From positions 64,001 to 128,000 of the forward strand of contig CAVPRW010000008.1 in NCBI GenBank assembly GCA_963707985.1: a stretch of DNA of 64,000 nucleotides, written 5' to 3'. Source of the stretch: an uncultured Nitrospinota bacterium (GTDB lineage Bacteria; Tectomicrobia; Entotheonellia; J063; CAVPRW01). Of this stretch, positions 51,712 to 62,222 are shown one piece after another. Position numbers and translations under genes: made by a program. A model generated the notes under the pieces. That model saw only the letters and a program-made list of their open reading frames with translations, ran no database searches and was not told the origin of the DNA. The stretch's first letter is position 1. Every line of letters starts with the position of its first letter.

Positions 51712-53067
51712 CTAAGACACGGGCTTGGTCTGAAGCGTCAACCCATCAAACACGATTCGGCGGTTGATACCACGTTGAAAGGCCAGGTACCCCGATTTCG
51801 TCATGCGGGGCTTCGTGTTGGACATGATATGCCGGGCAGTTGCCGCATCACCCCACAGGAGGTCCACTGCCGTCATGGCCAAGGCTTTTGCGGGTCCAAG
51901 GTACGCTAGCTTCGGGTCGGTGATCTGGAAGTCTGCTCCATGCCCCATACCGCTCGCTCCCCCCATATAGGGGTGTAACGTGGGCATGACATGGCTGATA
52001 TCGCCCATATCAGTCGACCCCGTGCGGTGCCCGATCGAGGTGAAGTTGGCCTCACCTACCAGCGCAACAGCATTCGCCTTGAAGACCTCGGCCATCTCCA
52101 TGTTATTGAAGAGTGGCAAATAGCCGGGGAGGGTCTCGATCTCGACTTGGGCGCCAAGCGCCAGCGCTCCGGCTTGCAGGGCACGGTCGACCTTGGTGTT
52201 GGCTTCCAGGATGGCCTCGACGGTCCTGCCGCGCACGTAGGTCTCGAGGCGCACGTCAGCAGGGATCACGTTCACCTGCATCCCGCCCTGGGTGATGATG
52301 GGATGGACGCGAATGGTATCATGTTCCCTGAAGGTCTCGCGCAGCGCATTAATCGCCGTCAGGGCGATATTGGCGGCGTATAAGGCATTGATCCCCATAT
52401 GCGGTGCGCCGCCAGCATGAGCCGCTTTACCGATGTAACGGATGGTTTTCACCACACAGCCATTATTGGAGACGCCCACGCCGGCCAGCTTGTCCTCGGG
52501 TCGGGGAGTGGTGTGAATCATCATCGCCAGGTCGACGTCATCGAAGTGGCCGAGTCGCAGTAGTTCGGGTTTCCCCCCCAGAAACTCCAGCGTGCCCTGA
52601 CGCGCCTGGTGTACGCGCCAGGCTACATCGCCGTACTCTTCAGCCGGAACGGCAAAGGCTACAATGCGGCCAGCCAGGTGTTGCAGGGCCGTGCTGTCCA
52701 GAAGCCCCATCACGGACCCCAGCAGACCGGCGATCTGGGCGTTGTGTCCACAGGCGTGAGCCGCACCCGTTTCAGGGTCTGCGAGCGGATGGTCACTGAC
52801 AACTAGCCCATCGAGCTCCCCCAGTAACGCGATAGTTGGCCCATCCTTGGCCGCGTTCATGGTCGCACGTACACCCGTGAGCGCCAGCCCTGTTTGCGGC
52901 GACAGCCCCAAAGCCTTGAGCGTTTGTTCAACCAGACGGGCGGTCCTGATTTCCTTGAACCCTAATTCAGGATGGTGGCGGATCGTTTCGCCAATCTTGA
53001 TGATCTGGTCGGCACGCCGATCAATGGCTTCACAGACCTGGCGTTTGACTTCTTCCTTGGTGGGCAT
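51712..53067 (-). CDS. M20 family amidohydrolase (ACY1L2/AbgB-like)
   Basis: HPELGFKE, GELD, HACGH, PAEE, GKAAHAG and GSTDMG. Confidence 0.92.
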   Translation of the reverse strand: MPTKEEVKRQVCEAIDRRADQIIKIGETIRHHPELGFKEIRTARLVEQTLKALGLSPQTGLALTGVRATMNAAKDGPTIALLGELDGLVVSDHPLADPETGAAHACGHNAQIAGLLGSVMGLLDSTALQHLAGRIVAFAVPAEEYGDVAWRVHQARQGTLEFLGGKPELLRLGHFDDVDLAMMIHTTPRPEDKLAGVGVSNNGCVVKTIRYIGKAAHAGGAPHMGINALYAANIALTAINALRETFREHDTIRVHPIITQGGMQVNVIPADVRLETYVRGRTVEAILEANTKVDRALQAGALALGAQVEIETLPGYLPLFNNMEMAEVFKANAVALVGEANFTSIGHRTGSTDMGDISHVMPTLHPYMGGASGMGHGADFQITDPKLAYLGPAKALAMTAVDLLWGDAATARHIMSNTKPRMTKSGYLAFQRGINRRIVFDGLTLQTKPVS

Positions 53068-53156
53068 ACACACTCCTTTCTCTGTTGAACGACGATCACC
53101 CTCGCGGCAATTGGCTACTACTGCCTGGCATGGACGGACGACACACCGGAAAGCGT

Positions 53157-53684
53157 TTAGTTGAGGCGACCGCGCAGCTCCGCGAGGGCTTGCCGCGCCC
53201 CCTGATCGTCGGGCATAATCTTCACGGCTTGTTCAAACTCTTTAAGTGCTTTGAACCATTCTCCACGAGCCATGTAGATCCGGCCGCTGTTCAGATAGGG
53301 GAAGTGACGCGGCTGATAACGTGGTGCTTGCTTGGCCTTCTCCAACCAGGAGAGGGCCTCATCAAAGCGTTCTTTTTGCATTAGGTAAACCCCGATGTCA
53401 TTGTACGGATTGCCGAAATCAGGGTCGACCTCGATGGCACGATGGCATTCCTCGATGGCTTCGTCCAGCCGTTCCTGGAAACTGTATGCCCAGCCCAAGA
53501 AGGTGTGAGCTTCGGCGGTGGGATAGACTTCTATCGACTGCTTATACAGATTGATGGCCTGCTCGTATTGCTTTGCCATCTGCAGTTCGTATCCCTGTTG
53601 AACGAGCTCTTGGGCGCTGGTCAGGCGATCATCCGCAGAGTGCTCATCCTCGTCGAAACGATCGTCATCATACCTGTTGTCCAT
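53157..53684 (-). CDS. Tetratricopeptide repeat protein
   Basis: AEAHTFLGWAYS, DPDFGNPYNDIG and about 4 TPR units. Confidence 0.88.
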   Translation of the reverse strand: MDNRYDDDRFDEDEHSADDRLTSAQELVQQGYELQMAKQYEQAINLYKQSIEVYPTAEAHTFLGWAYSFQERLDEAIEECHRAIEVDPDFGNPYNDIGVYLMQKERFDEALSWLEKAKQAPRYQPRHFPYLNSGRIYMARGEWFKALKEFEQAVKIMPDDQGARQALAELRGRLN

Positions 53685-53722
53685 ACCCTTGCCCCTTGTT
53701 GCCTGGACTGGGTGCCTGTTGG

Positions 53723-54220
53723 TCACTTAAACTGCCACACCGGCCCCTGCGGGGGTTCTTGGGACAGTTTGAACAGTGGCAAGCTGAATTCGGGGGACAC
53801 GTCCAGGAATGTCACCTCAACGCGCTTGCCGATCGCGACATTCTCCTCTTTCTCGGCGGTGAAATCATCCATCACCAAATTCGAGATCAGGCGCAAGCCC
53901 TCGTCGACGGTGGGCTGTCCGCGTTGTTCGTCAAGCTCCACCAACACCACGGGATATGGTGCCCAGTCGCGGAATCCGGCCTGGATGGCCTGCATGACTA
54001 TCTCATAGCTATGAATTGTACCCTTCCCACTGACCTCATGCCAGGTCCACTCTAGAGATGTACACCAGGGACAGGCGGCGCCAGGAGGATAGCGCAGCAT
54101 GCCGCACTGACGACACTGCTTCATCACCAGGCGATGCTCACGGGCCGCTTCGAAATACCCCTTCCACTCGGTATCATTGTCGGGAACAATGAGGTTCATA
54201 CCACGATATTGTGCCTGCAT
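53723..54220 (-). CDS. DUF35/ChsH2-type zinc-ribbon + OB-fold protein
   Basis: CRQC...YPP...CPWC, SGKGTIHSY and PYPVVLVELDE; adjacent to a thiolase-fold gene. Confidence 0.92.
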   Translation of the reverse strand: MQAQYRGMNLIVPDNDTEWKGYFEAAREHRLVMKQCRQCGMLRYPPGAACPWCTSLEWTWHEVSGKGTIHSYEIVMQAIQAGFRDWAPYPVVLVELDEQRGQPTVDEGLRLISNLVMDDFTAEKEENVAIGKRVEVTFLDVSPEFSLPLFKLSQEPPQGPVWQFK

Positions 54221-54223
54221 CGG

Positions 54224-55438
54224 CTATCTCCTCAGAATGAGCGCGCTACCGGTCGCGGGATTGGCCCAGCCAAGATTCATAGTGATCTGAGGATCTTTCA
54301 CCTGGCGGCATTGCCCCTCGGCGTAATCGTAGGTGTGGATGCCCTCTTGCCAACGTGGGCAGTAGTCATCGACCAGGCCGCGTAGCTGGCGCGTGTTCTC
54401 GATTACCATGTTCATGCCGTGCGTATAGCCTTCACACAGGTGGCCGCCGCTGGTATTATTCGGCCGTCGGCCCCCGAGCTCGATGATGCCGCTGGAGACG
54501 TAGGCTCCACCCTCACCTTTCTTGCAGAAGCCATATTCTTCGAGCTGCAACATGGTCGTGAAAGTGAAGGCATCGTAGGAGCCCGTGATGTCGACATCCT
54601 CGGGGCCGATGCCGGCCATCGGGAACACGATGTCCTTGGCGTAATAGCCGCCAACCCGGCTGATGGGACCATGGACGAAGTGAAAATCCACCCGTGGTTT
54701 GCTCACCCGGCCAGCCACCCCCATAATATAGACAGGTCGCTGCTTGAGATCATTAGCGCGATCGGCCGAGGTCACGATGATACAAGTGGCATTATCCGTC
54801 TCTAGGCAGCAGTCCAGCAAATGCAGGGGTTTGGTGATCCAGCGTGAGTTCAACACGTCATCGACGCTCACCCGCTGCTTTAGTAGCGCTTTCGGATTAT
54901 TGCTGGCATGTTTGCTGTGCGCCATCTTGACATGGGCCACCTGGGCGCTGGTCGTACCATAATCATGCATGTGTCGCATGAACGTCGGGGCGAAGTTCTG
55001 GCCGGCACTGAGCATGCCATAGGGGCGTGTGGCCAGCTCGCTGCCGCGCACCGGCGTCGCCGCTCGTGCCCCGGTGCCACCGATTCTGACCTCACTGTAG
55101 CCGTTCATCGAACGAAAAACGGCCACAGTGCGGCACATCCCCACCTCCATCACGCCCATGGCCATGCCAATGAGCGCCTCGGTGCTCGAACCGCCGCCAA
55201 TCACATCCATGTAAAAGTTGACCCGGATGCCCAGGTCTGAAGAAATCGCCGTCGCCGAGGTGGAATCGTTGCCGTGGTAACTCAGCATGCCATCGATATC
55301 TCCAGGGCTCAGGCCGGCGTCATTCATCGCATTCCTGACCGCTTCGACAGCCATGGCGCGGGTGGTCCGCCCTGAGTTACGGGTATAGGCCGTTTCCCCA
55401 ACCCCAACGATGCAGTACTTATCCCGCAGATTCGCCAT
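54224..55438 (-). CDS. Thiolase-fold (SCP2/Ltp2-like) protein
   Basis: IVGVGET, NPKA, LLDCCLETD, YDAFT and NTSGGHLCEGYTHG. Confidence 0.9.
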   Translation of the reverse strand: MANLRDKYCIVGVGETAYTRNSGRTTRAMAVEAVRNAMNDAGLSPGDIDGMLSYHGNDSTSATAISSDLGIRVNFYMDVIGGGSSTEALIGMAMGVMEVGMCRTVAVFRSMNGYSEVRIGGTGARAATPVRGSELATRPYGMLSAGQNFAPTFMRHMHDYGTTSAQVAHVKMAHSKHASNNPKALLKQRVSVDDVLNSRWITKPLHLLDCCLETDNATCIIVTSADRANDLKQRPVYIMGVAGRVSKPRVDFHFVHGPISRVGGYYAKDIVFPMAGIGPEDVDITGSYDAFTFTTMLQLEEYGFCKKGEGGAYVSSGIIELGGRRPNNTSGGHLCEGYTHGMNMVIENTRQLRGLVDDYCPRWQEGIHTYDYAEGQCRQVKDPQITMNLGWANPATGSALILRR

Positions 55439-55623
55439 ACGCTCCTTCCTTTCCGCTCACCATGCAGCCCATCGACCTGCAGTCGCCGCAGTGGCTGCAA
55501 CTGGCAGATCAGCGGTACGCCAGCACCTGCTCCGGCCACGATTATAGGGGCATTTGGACCCAAGTCAAACACTTTTGCACGAGGAACAATGTGGCCCTGC
55601 CATCGTCAAACCGAATTTCACCA

Positions 55624-55667
55624 CCACCCGACCCCTCCCCTCTCGAGAGGGAGAGCTGCGTGGGGGG
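55624..55667. repeat. REP-like GC-rich palindromic intergenic element
   Basis: CCACCCGACCCCTCCCCTCTCGAGAGGGAGAG; its reverse complement resembles the element at 60699. Confidence 0.5.
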
Positions 55668-55731
55668 CAGCTCTTACGGTTGCACATGCCAGTCGTCGAG
55701 AAGTGGTCGGAAGGTTGCCTCGGCACCGCGA

Positions 55732-56430
55732 TCACGCCGGCGCAGGGAGGAAGAATTGGTCAGGCGTGAGCAGAGCACGAATCGGACAGCCGTCGGCCCC
55801 GATGAGATTGAGGGGCACGGCGATCAGACCATAGCTCGCCGGTACGACGTGCCGCAGGACGAGGTTTTCCAGAATCAGGATGTCAGCTCCGAGCAGACGT
55901 TTGTGACTAGGGAAATCACCGGCGTCCCAGGCATCGATCGAGGGCCCGTCGATCCCCACCACACGTACACCTAGCTCACATATATAGTCCGCCCCACTAG
56001 AATCTAAAGCCACGAAATCGGGGGTAAAGGTCGGCGCGAGGGGCTGTTGGGAATTGCGCGTCTTGAGTAGCAGTCGCTCGCCGGGGTGCAGCTCGACGTG
56101 CTCCAAGTCCGTCCGCGAGAGGGGTCCCTCGGTGTTGATCACTTCGACCACTCGGCACACCCCAACCAAGACGTCCAGATCGAGCTGATCAATGGTGCGA
56201 CCTCCTGGGATGAAATGCCTCGGAGCATCCAGATGGGTCCCGGTATGAGTGCCCAGGGAAAGTTGGCTTACTTGGACACCTTCGACATCCAAGCTGGTCA
56301 CTGGTGTCAACTGCGGACGCGGATCTCCAGGCCAGATGGGTAATGTACAACTAATAGGGAGAGAAATATCGATAATCGCGTGCTTCAGACCGATTATTTC
56401 CATGTCCACCGTCCTGCGCAGAGCTGTCAC
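55732..56430 (-). CDS. Cyclase family protein (kynurenine formamidase-like)
   Basis: WPGDP, HTGTHLDAPRH, VGIDGPS, ILENL and GADGCPIRA. Start 56430 or 56403. Confidence 0.92.
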   Translation of the reverse strand: MTALRRTVDMEIIGLKHAIIDISLPISCTLPIWPGDPRPQLTPVTSLDVEGVQVSQLSLGTHTGTHLDAPRHFIPGGRTIDQLDLDVLVGVCRVVEVINTEGPLSRTDLEHVELHPGERLLLKTRNSQQPLAPTFTPDFVALDSSGADYICELGVRVVGIDGPSIDAWDAGDFPSHKRLLGADILILENLVLRHVVPASYGLIAVPLNLIGADGCPIRALLTPDQFFLPAPA

Positions 56431-56436
56431 CCACGA

Positions 56437-56799
56437 TCAAGGCTCGCGATGCAGCAGTCCACGGTCATGGGAGTCAGACGTGTGGCGCTGACGGGAACCC
56501 TCACTCCAGGCCTGGAAGATAAGCGCCTGGAACCAAGATAGGATGAGGAACATGGAGTCGGAGGCGATGTAGATAGAGATGAATCGCGCGCTGAGCGACC
56601 GCATCGCCAGAATAGCACACGTAGCCACAGCCAGGTTCATGACACTGAACACCAGCATCAATCCCACGCACTCACATACCTTGCCGAGGGCCAGCCAGAG
56701 CCGAGACCCGGAAAGCCCAAGCCCAGCGATACCGAGGACGTATGCACCCACGGAGGTCAGACCAGCCACGACCAGAATGAACACTGACTCCATGGCCAT
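56437..56799 (-). CDS. Small hypothetical membrane protein (3 TM)
   Basis: Hydrophobic ORF tightly spaced between neighbours; RBS ggag. Confidence 0.7.
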   Translation of the reverse strand: MAMESVFILVVAGLTSVGAYVLGIAGLGLSGSRLWLALGKVCECVGLMLVFSVMNLAVATCAILAMRSLSARFISIYIASDSMFLILSWFQALIFQAWSEGSRQRHTSDSHDRGLLHREP

Positions 56800-56807
56800 C
56801 TCCCGGT

Positions 56808-57425
56808 TTATATGTACCCGGCCACCCGATAATAGACACGAGCCAGAAATTCCTCCACGAGCGGCCGCATCAACCTCCAACGTGCCTCTGGTTTGTCGAC
56901 GTGCGAGAGATCATCGACAGGCGCGGGCTGCACGGTAAAGCCGACGTTCTCGAACAGCTGTCGCGACCGGGCCATATGGGCGTAGCTGGTGACGAGGAGG
57001 ATCGTAGAAACACCCCTGGGCTGCAGCAATGCCGCCATACGCGCTGCTTCTGCGCGGGTTGTCAGGGCTGTGGTCTCGGTCAGGACGGCAGCGGACGACA
57101 CCCCTAACAGACGGGCCATGTCGGCCCGAACCTCGGCTTCCTCACGACTAGATGATTGTGAGATCGGACCCGAGAAGGCCAGTAGTGGCGCCAGTCCGCG
57201 CTGAAACAGCATGATGCCGTGGATGGCGCGCCGCAGGGAACTCGCGCTCAGCACCCCATCACCGTCCATACCGGAGCCGAGCACCACAATGGCCGCCGCA
57301 GGCTGAAGTCGTGCAGGCACGCCAGCCCATCGATTCAGCACATTGGGCAGCGGGGTGAAGCTCACCAGGAAGAATGCCACCACCGTAGCCATTCCCAACA
57401 GCCGGATCATCGTCCAACCGCTCAT
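56808..57425 (-). CDS. YdcF/DUF218 (ElyC/SanA-like) protein
   Basis: AIVVLGSG, FSG, EAEV, LLVTSYAHMARS and N-terminal TM. Confidence 0.88.
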   Translation of the reverse strand: MSGWTMIRLLGMATVVAFFLVSFTPLPNVLNRWAGVPARLQPAAAIVVLGSGMDGDGVLSASSLRRAIHGIMLFQRGLAPLLAFSGPISQSSSREEAEVRADMARLLGVSSAAVLTETTALTTRAEAARMAALLQPRGVSTILLVTSYAHMARSRQLFENVGFTVQPAPVDDLSHVDKPEARWRLMRPLVEEFLARVYYRVAGYI

Positions 57426-57504
57426 CTTGCCGTCGTGTGATCCGATGCGTACAACCGCCGCGACACCAGCTCCTCGGCCAAAATGGTCTGTCTCCTAGCC
57501 TGCA

Positions 57505-58680
57505 TCAATGATCGTACACGCGCAGAAGTTTGTAGGTCGTCGAGCGCTCGGCGGGGATGCGACCGATAGCGCGGATTCGCCGATGGAACTCCTCAGGCGA
57601 GATGTATTGCCCCGCCGTCGCTCCGGCCAATCGGGAGATGTTTTCATCCATCAACGTGCCGCTGTAATCGTTGGCGCCCGCCATCAAACAGAGCTGGGAC
57701 AGCTCCTCACCGAGCTTCACCCATGAGACTTGGATATTATCGATCCAGCCCTGCAGCATCAGGCGGCCGAGTGCGTGCACGCGTAGATGTTCGCTAATGG
57801 TCGGTCCAGGGCGCGATAATCCCATGCGGAACAAATCGGTGTTAACGTGCACAAATCCGAGCGGCACGAACTCCGTGAAGCCGCCGGTTTCTTTCTGGAT
57901 ATCGCGTAAGAGCACCATCTGGTTCACCCAGTGTCGAGGTTCTTCGACATGGCCGTACATCAGCGTCGACGTGCTGGGAATGCCCAGACTGTGTGCCGTC
58001 TTGATGACCTCGATCCACTGCTCCACTTTGAGCTTTTGCCGAGACAGGACATATCGTACCTCGTTGTCCAACACCTCGGCCGCCGTCCCCGGCAGGCTCC
58101 CGAGGCCGTGATCCTTCAGCATCTGGAGGTAATCGCGCGTGGTCAGACCAGTCTTATCGACGCCATGCACCACCTCCATCGGCGAGAAGGCGTGGACATG
58201 CATGTCGGGGACTGCTTCCTTGATCGCGACCAGGATATCGCGATAGTGGTAGCCATCCAAGTCGCGCGGCAGGCCGCCCTGCACACACACCTCGGTAGCG
58301 CCGCGTTCGCGGGCTTCCAGGGTGCGTTTTTTGATTTCATCGAAGCTCAGAAAATAGGCGTCTGGCGCCCGACGAGCTGTTGAGAAGGCACAGAAGCGGC
58401 AGCCGATGAAACAGACGTTGGTGAAATTGATGTTTCGATTGACCACATAGGTGATCACGTCCCCGACACGCTGCTGGCGAACGCGGTCAGCGGTCAGTAC
58501 CAGCGCGCTCAGCTCGGCACCGTCGACCTCGCCCAGGATGTAGCCTTCCTCAGACGACAACTCGCTGCCCGCCAACGCCTTCTCCAGGAGCCCAGCAACT
58601 CTTGGATCGATGCTCGGTAACAGCTCTTCGAGCGTCTGGCCGAAAATCTCGTGCTCAATGGCGATGACTTGTTCATCCAT
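57505..58680 (-). CDS. cofH: FO synthase subunit CofH (radical SAM)
   Basis: NRNINFTNVCFIGCRFCAF, GATEVCVQGG, HAFSPME, PGTAAEVL, FTEFVPL and IQVSWVK. Confidence 0.92.
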   Translation of the reverse strand: MDEQVIAIEHEIFGQTLEELLPSIDPRVAGLLEKALAGSELSSEEGYILGEVDGAELSALVLTADRVRQQRVGDVITYVVNRNINFTNVCFIGCRFCAFSTARRAPDAYFLSFDEIKKRTLEARERGATEVCVQGGLPRDLDGYHYRDILVAIKEAVPDMHVHAFSPMEVVHGVDKTGLTTRDYLQMLKDHGLGSLPGTAAEVLDNEVRYVLSRQKLKVEQWIEVIKTAHSLGIPSTSTLMYGHVEEPRHWVNQMVLLRDIQKETGGFTEFVPLGFVHVNTDLFRMGLSRPGPTISEHLRVHALGRLMLQGWIDNIQVSWVKLGEELSQLCLMAGANDYSGTLMDENISRLAGATAGQYISPEEFHRRIRAIGRIPAERSTTYKLLRVYDH

Positions 58681-58683
58681 GCC

Positions 58684-59890
58684 CTATGCCTCCTCTCGCA
58701 CGAAGCCTGCCATATCGACATAGCCCTGGACGCGGTCGCGTAGCGACACTGGTATATACTCGGGATACATGGTGATATATTCGGGATAGACGGCTAGACG
58801 CTCACGCAGGACCATCCCAACTTCTGCCGTCACCCGCTGTAACTCCTTGATCTTGGGCCATGGCGCCTCAGGATTGATGAAATCGATGGTCAACGGTGAC
58901 ACACCGCCCCAATCGTTGATCCCCGCCAACAGCAGCAGTTGGTAGGCATCAGGGGTTAAATTGGGAGGGGCTTGAATATTCATTGTCACCACCGAGGAGC
59001 AGTCGCGCCACTGCGATGGTTTTCAGCATATCCAGGAGTGTTGGCTCTGGCCAATCCTTCATGGGAATCGTGGGTTTGACGCGAAAGTTTTGGATAATGA
59101 CCTCCTGAATATGGCCATATTCCTCATGGACGCGGCGGATGGCGAGCAGGGAATCCACCCGCTCCTCCAGCGTCTCGCCGATGCCGATTAAAATGCCTGT
59201 CGTAAAGGGAATTTGTAGCTTGCCAGCGTTCTCGATGGTTTTTAACCGCAAGGTCGGCCGCTTATCCGGCGCATCGTCGTGCGTGGCACCGGGCTCGACC
59301 AGCCGTTCGCTGACGTTTTCGAGCATAATCCCCATACTGGCATTCAAGTCCCGCAGCATGGACAGATCGTGGTAGCTCATCAACCCAGGATTGGCGTGGG
59401 GGAGGAGCGGCGTATGGGCTAAGACCATCTCACAGGCCGCCCGCAGATAGTCTAGGGTGCGTCGATAGCCGAGCTTGGCCAAGGTGTCGCGGTATTCTGG
59501 GTAGAGGACCTCGGGTTTATCACCGAGGCTGAAAAGAGCCTCCTTGCAGCCTAACTTGGCGCCTGCTTCAGCCACCGCCAGGACCTCATCGGGCGTCATG
59601 GTCTTGGCACCAACCTCCCAGGGATCTTTGCGGAAGGTGCAGTAGCCACAGCGATCGCGACAGATATTGGTCAGGGGGATAAATACTTTACGGGAATAGC
59701 TGACATTGTGGCCTTTATATCGATCGCGCAAGACGCTCGCAGCATGGAGCAGTGCTGGCAGATCGCTCCCCATGACCTGCATCAGGGCATAGCCGTCAGG
59801 TGCGCCGAGCCGCTCTTCGGCCAGGGCTTTCGCCAAAATCTCTTGCGTCCGAGATTGGATCTGGCTGGGTGCAGCGACGTCATCGAACAT
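58684..59890 (-). CDS. cofG: FO synthase subunit CofG (radical SAM); +1 frameshift near 58985
   Basis: [41 protein letters not shown] and QEVIIQNF; after the shift, NIQAPPNL...[24 protein letters not shown]. Confidence 0.92.
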
Positions 59891-60289
59891 CGGCGGGTTC
59901 CTCTCTTCCAGCAAAAGCCCTCGGCCGTTCGGTTGTAGGGGCTGCACAAGGGCTGAGAACCATCAGCTTCTCGAAACCGGACCCATCGACAGATATTCCA
60001 CATCCAGGGCAGGCCATGCGAAACAGCCTGCTCGCTGGGCAGATGGACGGACAGTGCTGTATGCGTGACAGAGATCGGTAGACAGCTGTGGACACGCTTT
60101 GGAAGGGACGCGCGGCGTGTAACGTATAGGGCATCCTAGCGTCTTGTGCCCGGCCGGTCAAGTTTTTTTCTGCAACGAATCCCTTCAGGCAATGGTCCCG
60201 CTGTCGCCGGAATTCCCTGCCAGGCCGGAAGTGCGCTACAATGGGTGAAGCATGCTCACATCGTTTGGACTCTAGACCTGGAGGATTTC

Positions 60290-60673
60290 ATGAGCGAAAC
60301 CCGAAGCGACACAGGCAAATCATTAGCACAAGAGACGAGCCCCTATGGCTACCCCTATTGGGAGTGGGTGGCCCGGGAAGATCCAGAGTATGCGAAAGCT
60401 CGTATCCCCCTGTCGGAATTGTCGGTCGGCGAGGGCAAGGCCTTGTCGATCAAGTACCGCGAGATGGTGATCATCGGCATTCTGGCGTTCCGCGGCAGTA
60501 GCTCTGAGGGCATTTTGGCACATATGCGCCGGGCCATTCAACATGGGGCTACCAAACGTGAATTACTCGAAGCCATTCAATCTGCCGCCGTTCCCGGCGG
60601 TGGCCCGACATTCGCCACCGGCTGCCGAGCCCTCATGCAGCTCGACACCGAGGGCGCATTTAAGAACGGCTAA
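60290..60673 (+). CDS. Carboxymuconolactone decarboxylase (AhpD-like) family protein
   Basis: ALSIKYREMV...HMRRAIQHGATKRELLEAI...GGP; RBS ggagg. Confidence 0.85.
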   Translation: MSETRSDTGKSLAQETSPYGYPYWEWVAREDPEYAKARIPLSELSVGEGKALSIKYREMVIIGILAFRGSSSEGILAHMRRAIQHGATKRELLEAIQSAAVPGGGPTFATGCRALMQLDTEGAFKNG

Positions 60674-60698
60674 GACGACAACATCCCCTCGCCTTTTG

Positions 60699-60792
60699 CC
60701 CCCTCTCCCGGCGGGAGGGAGCTGGGGTGAGGGCGATTCATCCGTGCGCTCAGGCTTCGCCGCCCTTACCCTATTTCCTTCCCGGAGGGAGA
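60699..60792. repeat. Inverted pair of REP-like elements between convergent genes
   Basis: CCCCCTCTCCCGGCGGGAGGGAGCTGGGGTGAGGGC followed by a degenerate inverted copy GCCCTTACCCTATTTCCTTCCCGGAGGGAGA. Confidence 0.6.
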
Positions 60793-60864
60793 TAGACCAA
60801 CGTCAACACCCTCATCCGAGTGTCTAGGACCTCTACTAGCGGGCAAGAACCGCACACGAACGAT

Positions 60865-62061
60865 CTACTGCCTGCCGCCCGATCCTGACGTCCCGGCAAT
60901 GGTCGAGGCGACGTCGGATTGCTTGCCCCGAAATGCTGGTATCACCTCCTCGGCCAGACGCTGCAGCTGTTCGACGTACTCTGCCTGTGGCATACCCTCT
61001 GGCCAGTGCAACCAGACGTGTTCAAGCGCCGGATACTTCGCCTCCATGGCCTTCAAGCCCTCGATGACATCGTCGGCCCTGCCGCACAACCAAACTTTCT
61101 GTTCCACGCCATCCTCCAGCACCGGCACGCGGACTGGCGCACCGGGCGTGCCCCAGGGGCGACCTTGAGCATCTACATAGCGTACGAAGCCAAAGGGCGC
61201 GAACCATTTATACCGCTCGTCATGGTAGGGACGCAGGCGACGGATGGCCTCTTCCTGACTACCGGCAAGATAAAATCCGCCCTGCCATGCGAGATCCTGG
61301 CCTAATTCAAGCTGACGGCCGTGGCTGGCAGCCAGGTCACGAAATTGATGAAAGAGCTGATCCAGGAGTTTCTCACCGGTGAGCCCAACCACCCCCTTGA
61401 AGCCCATTTTCGCCACATATTCGAGCGTGCGTCCGCTGACGATCGGCTGCCAGATCTCCACCGGCCGATGAATCGGGCGCGGCACCATGGTGAGTTCTTT
61501 CAGGTCGTAGCCGCGATAGGGCACGGGCGCTGGAATGGTATAGTGCTTTCCCTGATAGGAGAAGGATTCCTCATTGAAGCACTTGAGGATGATCTCCATC
61601 TGTTCTTCAAAGAACTCTTTGTTGGCATTATTGTCCAGCATCGGCGCCCCGAAGGTCTCGACCTCGCGCGTGTGATAGCCCCGCCCGACGCCGAAAATCA
61701 CCCGCCCGCCGGTGAGGATGTCGGCCATGGCATAGTCCTCAGCCAGTCGGACCGGGTGCCACATCGGGACGACATTGAATGCACAGCCGAACTTCAGTTG
61801 CTGCGTCTGGGTGGACAGATACGTGCCCAACAGAATCAAATTGGGGATACATTCATAGCCTTCATGCTGAAAGTGGTGCTCCGCCATCCACAAGGCGTAG
61901 AAGTCGAGGCCATCCATCACCTTGGCCACCTCGGTGGCCATGCGAAAGGCTTCGATCACACGTTCATTGGGATAACGACGCGCGTCCGCCGGCATGCCAT
62001 CATGGCCGACATTCTCCAATTCGATGTGCCCGACATAGAGCACAGAGAAGTGTTTGATCAT
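60865..62061 (-). CDS. LLM-class flavin-dependent oxidoreductase
   Basis: WMAEHHFQ, HPVRLAEDYAMADILTGGRVIFGVGRGY and VPRP. Confidence 0.92.
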   Translation of the reverse strand: MIKHFSVLYVGHIELENVGHDGMPADARRYPNERVIEAFRMATEVAKVMDGLDFYALWMAEHHFQHEGYECIPNLILLGTYLSTQTQQLKFGCAFNVVPMWHPVRLAEDYAMADILTGGRVIFGVGRGYHTREVETFGAPMLDNNANKEFFEEQMEIILKCFNEESFSYQGKHYTIPAPVPYRGYDLKELTMVPRPIHRPVEIWQPIVSGRTLEYVAKMGFKGVVGLTGEKLLDQLFHQFRDLAASHGRQLELGQDLAWQGGFYLAGSQEEAIRRLRPYHDERYKWFAPFGFVRYVDAQGRPWGTPGAPVRVPVLEDGVEQKVWLCGRADDVIEGLKAMEAKYPALEHVWLHWPEGMPQAEYVEQLQRLAEEVIPAFRGKQSDVASTIAGTSGSGGRQ

Positions 62062-62194
62062 GATCTCGGACCCCCTCTGGTCAAGTCTGTGCTGATCTTT
62101 TATCCAGCGAGCAAGGGCCAAATTAGCCTCGAAGCCTTGGTGCTTCCTGCACTCCCGCCGTATGCTTGGCCTCAGCAGGCGACGGCGAGGCCTT

Positions 62195-62222
62195 ATCATA
62201 CCCGTGCCATCGTTCCTGTCAA
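62195..62222 (-). promoter_or_regulatory. Putative sigma70 promoter of the LLM gene
   Basis: Minus strand TTGACA-N16-TATGAT. Confidence 0.55.
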
